From: Candidatus Nanohaloarchaea archaeon | GTDB lineage: Archaea; Nanohalarchaeota; Nanosalinia; Nanosalinales; Nanosalinaceae | Assembly: GCA_041640035.1 (NCBI GenBank) | Contig: JBEQBC010000001.1 | Coordinates: forward strand, 64,001 to 128,000 | Direction of reading: 5' to 3' | DNA: 64,000 nucleotides | Part shown: positions 57,693 to 64,000 of the stretch, piece by piece | Layout: each line of letters opens with the position of its first letter | Position numbering within the stretch: the stretch's first letter is position 1 | Position numbers and translations under genes: made by a program | Notes under the pieces: generated by a model | The model's database searches: none | Told to the model about the DNA's origin: nothing | What the model saw: only the letters and a program-made list of their open reading frames with translations

Positions 57693-58730
57693 GTGAAGAG
57701 ACGCCAGTATTTAGGTTTGACGGCTGCTGGTCTTACCGGATTTGGTGCGAATTTATACCTGAGTAATCGTCAGAAGAAGTTAGATAACCCGCTAGGTATC
57801 TCGGATGAACGGCTTGAAAGCGGAGATTTCTGGACTATATCTGTTATACCGGATACACAGAACTATTCTACCGATGATGACCATATACAGCATTTGAGTA
57901 ATCAGGCTGAGTGGATCGCCGAGAACAAAGATAGATACAATATACTCTTCGCCACACATGAAGGCGACTTGGTTAACGACGGCTCAGATATAGAGCAGTG
58001 GGAAAGAATCGAGTCTGCTCTGGAGCCAATACATGGAGAGGTACCTTACAGCGTTGTTCCAGGTAATCATGACTGGAAAAGCACCTACGACAAGTCTTCA
58101 GGTATTGATGAGTACCTTGAGCGTTTCGGAGATCAGCGTTTCAAGGATATGGAGTGGTATGATGATTCAGGGCCTCATGGACTAAGTCATGCACAGATCT
58201 TTCCTACGGATAGAGGCGACTTCCTGCATCTAGGCCTGGAGTGGGAACCACGGGATGAAGTCCTGGACTGGGCGGATCAGAAAGTTGAAGAGTACGGTTT
58301 GCCTACGCTGGTTACGACTCATTCTCATCTTCATAAAGGTGTACTGGACAAGAGCAGGATGGAAGATGTGAAAGAGGAAAATGGACAAGGTAACCATGCT
58401 GAACAGGTTTTTCAGGAACTTGTCTATCCTAATGAGGAGGTTTTCATGGTTCTATCAGGTCATAGTTTCGGAGGCTTACTGCCTAGGAACCGCGGTGAAC
58501 ACCATCAGATAAGTGAAAATTCCGAAGATGAACCGGTCTATGAGATGCTGGCTGACTTCCAGGATAGAGAAAACGGCGGTAACGGATGGATGCGGAATAT
58601 AACTTTCTTGCCGGAAGATAACGGGTATGATAGGATTGCTGTCAGTACTTACTCGCCTTCGACAGGTATGAATCAGGTCGGAGCACCAAGCGATTTCTAC
58701 TTCCAGCTTGACTTCGATGAACGGTTCTAA
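57693..58730 (+). CDS. Calcineurin-like metallophosphoesterase with twin-arginine-like signal
   Basis: KRRQYLG leader; PDTQ, HEGDLV, PGNHD, TTH, LSGH. Confidence 0.85.
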   Translation: MKRRQYLGLTAAGLTGFGANLYLSNRQKKLDNPLGISDERLESGDFWTISVIPDTQNYSTDDDHIQHLSNQAEWIAENKDRYNILFATHEGDLVNDGSDIEQWERIESALEPIHGEVPYSVVPGNHDWKSTYDKSSGIDEYLERFGDQRFKDMEWYDDSGPHGLSHAQIFPTDRGDFLHLGLEWEPRDEVLDWADQKVEEYGLPTLVTTHSHLHKGVLDKSRMEDVKEENGQGNHAEQVFQELVYPNEEVFMVLSGHSFGGLLPRNRGEHHQISENSEDEPVYEMLADFQDRENGGNGWMRNITFLPEDNGYDRIAVSTYSPSTGMNQVGAPSDFYFQLDFDERF

Positions 58731-58757
58731 CAAAAATTAGATCAGTATCTGGTTTTC

Positions 58758-59510
58758 TTACCCGTACAGGTTTCTGATAGCCTTTTCGCAGTGTTTTATC
58801 CACTTTTCTCTTGAGATTCCTGGCAGATCTGATAACTGGATGTCCTCGTTCTCGGTTAGTTCTTTTACTGTTTGATAGGCGATTGTGTATCCTTCAGCGT
58901 TAGGGTATCTTTCTCCGCCGGAGACAAACATCTGTTTTGACAGGTCTTCTGCTTCATCCGGCCACTGTCTGTTTGTTTCCAGGTCTTCTATTATCTGTTT
59001 TGGGTCGGCTTCTATCTGTGAATGTTCTTCTATTCTCCAGGGCGGTCTGTAACCGTAGTTCTTCTCTTCGGATACCTTAGAAGCAAAGTTTTCGGCATGC
59101 CCTTCAAACCTGATACTGTAATACTGGTCTCTGCCAGGATTATCTTCCCCCTGATAGAACACCTGATGACCTACTTCGTGTACGAGCATGTCTTTGAACC
59201 GGTTTTTCCAGTCATCAAACTCTGTTACGCCTCTGACAAATATCATTTTTCTATCGGCGCCACGCATCCCTTCACGAAGTGAAAGGCCCATGAAGTAGTA
59301 TGCCGGATCGACATCTTCATCGAACTCAGATTTATCGGTGATAGCAGTTATTATATTGAAGTCAGGTTCAAGTCCGTGAACAGATTTGATGTCATCTAAA
59401 GCTTCACTCACTGCCTTCTTTAGCTTCTCGAAATCTTCTCTGGGTTCAAGATGAATCTCATCGGTAACTAGTTCTCCGTGCTTATCTTCATTGTACCGTT
59501 TGATTTCCAT
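58758..59510 (-). CDS. Putative Zn-dependent peptidase (DUF2268-like)
   Basis: HEVGH, EGHAENF, GYTIAY. Confidence 0.7.
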   Translation of the reverse strand: MEIKRYNEDKHGELVTDEIHLEPREDFEKLKKAVSEALDDIKSVHGLEPDFNIITAITDKSEFDEDVDPAYYFMGLSLREGMRGADRKMIFVRGVTEFDDWKNRFKDMLVHEVGHQVFYQGEDNPGRDQYYSIRFEGHAENFASKVSEEKNYGYRPPWRIEEHSQIEADPKQIIEDLETNRQWPDEAEDLSKQMFVSGGERYPNAEGYTIAYQTVKELTENEDIQLSDLPGISREKWIKHCEKAIRNLYG

Positions 59511-59557
59511 AGCTGATTGTAGAAACCTGCTGAAATATTAAATTTACACTGTATAAC

Positions 59558-59818
59558 TTAGTGTTCGATTTCTTCTAGTTCCCAGTTGGCTGTTTCGCCG
59601 TTCTCTACATATGCTTCGGCCTGGTATTCCTTGCCTGATTTCTTGTCGTGGATGTAGAAGCTATAATTTTTGACTCCGTGATCTGTTATTTTTATTTCTG
59701 TTACCTCGCATTTCCAGCGGGAGCCGTTCCTCTCCATATCCAGGGTTTTCGCTGTTTCTCTGCATAGGGAGGTTAGTTCGCTTCTGATCTGTGGCTTGTC
59801 CATACTCCAAGAGTTCAT
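59558..59818 (-). CDS. Hypothetical protein
   Basis: 86-aa ORF. Confidence 0.5.
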   Translation of the reverse strand: MNSWSMDKPQIRSELTSLCRETAKTLDMERNGSRWKCEVTEIKITDHGVKNYSFYIHDKKSGKEYQAEAYVENGETANWELEEIEH

Positions 59819-60112
59819 AGTTACTCATTGATAGTAACTGTTAAATTTATTGGGGGAACATGGCGACGACCGACAAATACATTTTGCGCTCTAAAATCAT
59901 TTTAACGCATTCTTGAAAATTTTGAAAACTTATCAGAAATTTTTCAACATTAAAAATTATCAAAACCTTATTTGAGAAAGTTCATTACTTCTTTGTATAT
60001 CAAAAATATAATTAAACGCAGAGAGGGTGAGATAGCTCCAAGAAACTCCTTTGAAAACTTCAATCTTGGTTTTACCCAGTAATTTTTATTTAGAGTTGAC
60101 TAATGAGGCTCT

Positions 60113-60508
60113 ATGGCAGAAAGAGTTTATGATGATAGCGAGTACACCTGGTCCTACAGGATCGAAGGCGATACCGCTATCTTCAATATGGAGGGATGGC
60201 AGGGATTTGAAGATGAAGAGCTGAAGAGCGCTACTGAGGCATATAGAAAAGTAGTGAGCCAAGATGATATCAAAGCTAATGTAACTATACTAACTGATGC
60301 ACAGGCAATTCCGCCTGAACAGCAGGAGTTCATCGGAGACCAGTGGGCTGAGAATATTAACTATGTAGAGGTCAAGCGATGCGCATTTGTATCTGATGGA
60401 CCGATAGGATTAACTATCAAGGCCAATGTTCTTGATAAAGTGGAGGAGGCGGAAGTAGAGAATTTTAAGGACTTCGAGGATGCGAAAGATTGGGCTGACG
60501 AAGCCTGA
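60113..60508 (+). CDS. STAS/SEC14 (SpoIIAA-like) fold protein
   Basis: VKRCAFVSD...ENFKDFEDAKDWA C-terminal pattern. Confidence 0.55.
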   Translation: MAERVYDDSEYTWSYRIEGDTAIFNMEGWQGFEDEELKSATEAYRKVVSQDDIKANVTILTDAQAIPPEQQEFIGDQWAENINYVEVKRCAFVSDGPIGLTIKANVLDKVEEAEVENFKDFEDAKDWADEA

Positions 60509-60594
60509 TCAATCCTATTTTTTCTTCCTTAATTTCTAGTTCTATTATAAAGGTGAAGGGTTAATGTAGTATTATAAGGAGGTGTTTTTAGTTT

Positions 60595-60789
60595 ATGAAA
60601 GGTACAGTAAAGTTCTTCCACGATCAGAAGCGATACGGATTTATCGAAACTGAAGAAATGGACGACGATGTATTCTTCCACGAAGATGATCAGGGAGAAG
60701 ACTTCGAAGTCGAAGAAGGAGACGAAGTAGAATTCGATCAGGAAGAAGGAGACAGAGGACCAAAGGCAGTAGATATCACAGAAGCTTAA
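60595..60789 (+). CDS. csp: Cold-shock protein
   Basis: MKGTVKFF...YGFI...DVFFH...GDRGPKA; SD GGAGGTG. Confidence 0.93.
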   Translation: MKGTVKFFHDQKRYGFIETEEMDDDVFFHEDDQGEDFEVEEGDEVEFDQEEGDRGPKAVDITEA

Positions 60790-60886
60790 AAACTTCTGCG
60801 TTATCCGACCCTAAGCGACAATTTTTTCACACATATTCTCTTTTCAATATTAATTTTTCTCAAATACTAAAAATAAATGAAGACGA

Positions 60887-61357
60887 TTACTCGTCCAGTG
60901 AATCCAGTTGATCTCTCAGCTCTTGGAAATTAGGCAAGTTCTCAGGATTATCCATAACTTCGCTGTAAACGATTTCGCCATCTTTGACGATGAACACTGA
61001 TCTCTTAGCAAGACCATTATAACCGATATCCATCATATCCGTACGAATCCCGTACTTCTCGATAATCTCCTTGTTGTTATCGCTGACAAGAGGAAAGTTC
61101 AGCTCGTTCTGTCTCCGGAACTCGTCCAGAGCAAACGGAGAATCAACACTGATACCTATCACATCAGCACCCATGCTCTCAAGGTTATCCATCGCGTCAC
61201 GGAACTTACACATCTCCTCGGTACAAACCTCTGTGAAAGCACCGGGGAAGAAAGCTAGAACGGTAGTTCCTTCACCTTCAAAATGATACTCCTTGATTTC
61301 ATCTTCGGTTACGATAGGCGCGGTGAACTCTACTTCAATCTCGTTATCCATAAACAC
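60887..61357 (-). CDS. Peroxiredoxin (AhpC/TSA redoxin)
   Basis: FFPGAFTEVCTEEMC, GISVDS, FPLVSD, KRSVFI. Confidence 0.9.
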   Translation of the reverse strand: MFMDNEIEVEFTAPIVTEDEIKEYHFEGEGTTVLAFFPGAFTEVCTEEMCKFRDAMDNLESMGADVIGISVDSPFALDEFRRQNELNFPLVSDNNKEIIEKYGIRTDMMDIGYNGLAKRSVFIVKDGEIVYSEVMDNPENLPNFQELRDQLDSLDE

Positions 61358-61382
61358 AAAATGTGAAACCTAGGTTAATATA

Positions 61383-62300
61383 TCAACCAGTCAAGTTCTC
61401 TACTTCACAGGTCGCTTCCCGCATACCGTTATCAGAATAGATCTGGAAACTATTCGTCCCATTAACAAGTAGCCTTGGCGGCAGGAATACTTCAAACGGC
61501 TTGTAAGCAGATATGTCGAATGTCTCATTATAACCACCGACAGTAACAGTCAAATCACCTAGATCCTCCATCAGAAGCAGATCCATATTAGGCTCCGCCG
61601 TATTACAGTTAGTATCAGTTACCATATCAACTTGAGGCTCAGCACTTCCTTCAAAGCTTTCATTCACAGACTCTGCCTCTATCTCCATAAGCTGAACCTG
61701 GGTTATGCTGTTGTTCTCTCCCATTATCTCTCCTCTGATATTCATGTCTCTAACATAGCCTTCCTCACTGTCAAGACATGTACCAATGTTCGGACTCCAA
61801 GTTATGTTCTGAGCTCCGGGCACAGCTGTTTTCCTGACACTGTAATTGAACTGGTAGCACTGTTCTGTGGTATTAACGATTCTGCCTTTGGAATCACTGT
61901 ACTGTATAGCCAGATCGATCAATCCGTAGAAGAAGTCGGTCTTTGAGTCTTCGAGTTCACATTCAAAGTAATCTATGCTTCCCTGAACCTGGTTACAGCT
62001 CAGAGTCTGATCCGATGTCAAGAAGCTTACATTCCTGTACTCCGTGCCGTTTCTCTCATACCTTATTATATTCTTGTATCTGTCACCATCTGAGTAAGCT
62101 TCGAAAGAACTATAATCATATCTTGCAGGCATCAAGCTTTGATTGAAGTCAACAGTATAGTTAACCTGATACGAGGACTGGTTAGCCTTCTCCCTCACAT
62201 CTTTGATCGTCTCTTCCTGACCTGGTAACAGGAAAAACACTGCGGCAGCCAGAAGCAAGATAACACCGACGGCTACCATAACGGATTTTTGCCTATCCAT
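61383..62300 (-). CDS. Membrane-anchored extracellular protein
   Basis: N-terminal TM, several Cys pairs and N-x-S/T sequons. Confidence 0.65.
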   Translation of the reverse strand: MDRQKSVMVAVGVILLLAAAVFFLLPGQEETIKDVREKANQSSYQVNYTVDFNQSLMPARYDYSSFEAYSDGDRYKNIIRYERNGTEYRNVSFLTSDQTLSCNQVQGSIDYFECELEDSKTDFFYGLIDLAIQYSDSKGRIVNTTEQCYQFNYSVRKTAVPGAQNITWSPNIGTCLDSEEGYVRDMNIRGEIMGENNSITQVQLMEIEAESVNESFEGSAEPQVDMVTDTNCNTAEPNMDLLLMEDLGDLTVTVGGYNETFDISAYKPFEVFLPPRLLVNGTNSFQIYSDNGMREATCEVENLTG

Positions 62301-62405
62301 AAACCTGTTATCTTTACGGCGGCATTAATAGTTAATTCATAAATTTTCCATGAGGAAACAGCTGACCGGTTTTATATTTTTAAGTCCCCAATAATACGGT
62401 AAAGA

Positions 62406-63770
62406 ATGCATAAAACCGTTATTCTGGCGCTGGCAACTCTAATCTTAATGGCTCCGGCTGCTTCCCTACAGGCAGAACTATTCCCTGTAGACCGTGTAGC
62501 AAATGAACACAAGGCCGGACAGTACATACTCCAGGTCACGAATGACGAAGAGGAACCGGTTTCCGTAAGGGTGAAGACTCAGAGCCAGTGCAGCGACTGC
62601 CTGTATGTACCGGACTCTTACATCCAGCTTCAGCCTAATACTTCTGAGAACACAACTGTTAACCTGTACGGCGATCAAGACATACCGGCCGGAAGATACG
62701 GATTCCAGATATTTGTCAGCGAGATAGGAACAAGCAGAAACATCAAGATCTCCGATTACTACCTGATCGAACGAAGCTATAGCCTGATATTCTCCTCATT
62801 CAACAAAGATAAAGAAGTCTACATGCCCGGAGACAAGGTAAAAACAAGTGTACAGGTCAAGAACATCGGAGGGCAGACAATAGACGATTACAGCATAAAC
62901 TCAACTCTCTTCAATCAGACAAAGAATGTAGAAGGACTTGAAATAATAAATAGAGCGGAAAGAAGCTACGACTTCAGTTTCCAGGTACCAAAGGATATGA
63001 AGCCAGGTACAGAGATCCTTGAAACAGATATCTACAGGAACGGAAACCTGGAATCAAGCATATCCAGATCGATTGAAGTAGGTTCTTCCGAACGAGTCGA
63101 AGTGACAGAGGAAACCGTTAACCGCGTAGTAACCATGACTCGTACCCTGAAGGTCAACAACACAGGAAATGTAAATACGAGCACGGAACTCACTCAGCAG
63201 GTGCCAGGTTATCTCACACCTTTCACAAACTACAGCCCGGAACCGGATAATATAACATCACAGAACGATTCAACAGTCATATCATGGAATATTGAAACCT
63301 CTCCAGGCCAGCAGAAAACAGTAAGCTATACCGTCAATTACTGGGTGCCTCTACTGATTCTAGCAGGTCTGACATCGCTACTGGTCATGTACAAACGGTT
63401 CAATCAGGATGTAAGCTTCGAGAAACATGTCGCAAAGTCGAAAGATGGAGAAATCACTATCAACATAGAGATAGAGAACAACTCAAGTCAGGCTATTGAG
63501 GGACTTAAAGTGAAGGATTTCATACCTAACATAGCAGAAGTAGAGAAAACCTTCGAGTTCGCCAAGCCGTCTATCAGAACCAAGAACGAAGGAACAGAAC
63601 TTACATGGGATCTAGATGTACTCGAACCCGGTGACCAGAGAGTTCTAGAATACAAGATACGGCCACGGATTGAGGTAGAAGGAGAGGTAACACTTCCGGG
63701 CGCTGAACTACTGAAAGACGGAGAACAGGATAAGAAGACCAAAGAACTCGATACGGACTTTCACCCATAA
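62406..63770 (+). CDS. Cell-surface Ig-like repeat protein with internal TM
   Basis: Signal peptide, beta-rich domains (VKNIG, NNTGN, DFIP...LTW.L..LEPG), TM near aa 310-330. Confidence 0.7.
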   Translation: MHKTVILALATLILMAPAASLQAELFPVDRVANEHKAGQYILQVTNDEEEPVSVRVKTQSQCSDCLYVPDSYIQLQPNTSENTTVNLYGDQDIPAGRYGFQIFVSEIGTSRNIKISDYYLIERSYSLIFSSFNKDKEVYMPGDKVKTSVQVKNIGGQTIDDYSINSTLFNQTKNVEGLEIINRAERSYDFSFQVPKDMKPGTEILETDIYRNGNLESSISRSIEVGSSERVEVTEETVNRVVTMTRTLKVNNTGNVNTSTELTQQVPGYLTPFTNYSPEPDNITSQNDSTVISWNIETSPGQQKTVSYTVNYWVPLLILAGLTSLLVMYKRFNQDVSFEKHVAKSKDGEITINIEIENNSSQAIEGLKVKDFIPNIAEVEKTFEFAKPSIRTKNEGTELTWDLDVLEPGDQRVLEYKIRPRIEVEGEVTLPGAELLKDGEQDKKTKELDTDFHP

Positions 63771-63809
63771 ATTATGAATAAAAAATAAAGAGAAAGATTT
63801 TACGCATTT

Positions 63810-64000
63810 TTATTCTTCAGGCTTCCAGAAACGGTAGAAACCGTACGATGATATGATGAAGTACATGAAAGCTCCTACATGGAAGAATCCTGCCCACCAT
63901 GCACCGCTCAGACCAGCCCAGGCCGGTCCAAGAGGATTCTGATTGATTAATCCTATGACATGCCAGACTGTATGCGGTACATAGGTGATCATGAACAGGA
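63810..64000 (-). CDS. Membrane protein, probably 5'-truncated by the window edge
   Basis: Hydrophobic C-terminus; the frame is open to the window end. Confidence 0.5.
   Translation of the reverse strand, partial: LFMITYVPHTVWHVIGLINQNPLGPAWAGLSGAWWAGFFHVGAFMYFIISSYGFYRFWKPEE

Noticed and set aside
1-64000. Many antisense/overlapping ORFs in the track (e.g. 91..711, 6612..6917, 52363..52974)
   Set aside because: Ser/Phe/Leu-rich shadows of acidic sense genes with clear motifs
1-64000. CRISPR array, rRNA, transposase, integrase, reverse transcriptase
   Set aside because: No regularly spaced repeats or corresponding motifs seen

Overview
Archaeal chromosomal segment with a very acidic proteome, compact intergenic spacers and archaeal information-processing genes (ATP-dependent ligase, L15e, RNase P proteins, TBP, MCM, RPA, aIF2-beta, S8e, Lsm-L37e). 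It is most consistent with a Nanohaloarchaeota (DPANN) genome; this is inferred from gene content and amino-acid bias. Four tRNAs are present: Lys-UUU with a 76-nt intron, Ile-GAU, Thr-UGU and Pro-UGG. Highlights: (1) the tRNA-Lys intron contains a box D'/C' kink-turn preceded by a 10-nt guide exactly complementary to the spliced anticodon loop, predicting self-guided 2'-O-methylation of U34; (2) an AT-rich, integrase-less island at tRNA-Thr, bounded by a degenerate copy of the tRNA 3' end and internally punctuated by short direct repeats, carries an OLD-family nuclease, a HEPN-like protein and uncharacterised membrane/Zn-finger genes; (3) a stand-alone, highly structured ~150-nt transcript candidate between drg and rps8e; (4) a UV/DNA-damage cluster (PolB2 cassette with two genes missed by the ORF track, two photolyases, Nth); (5) two genes that appear to start at ATC/ATA. 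No CRISPR array, rRNA, transposase or integrase was seen. All calls are from motif recognition by eye; no searches were run.
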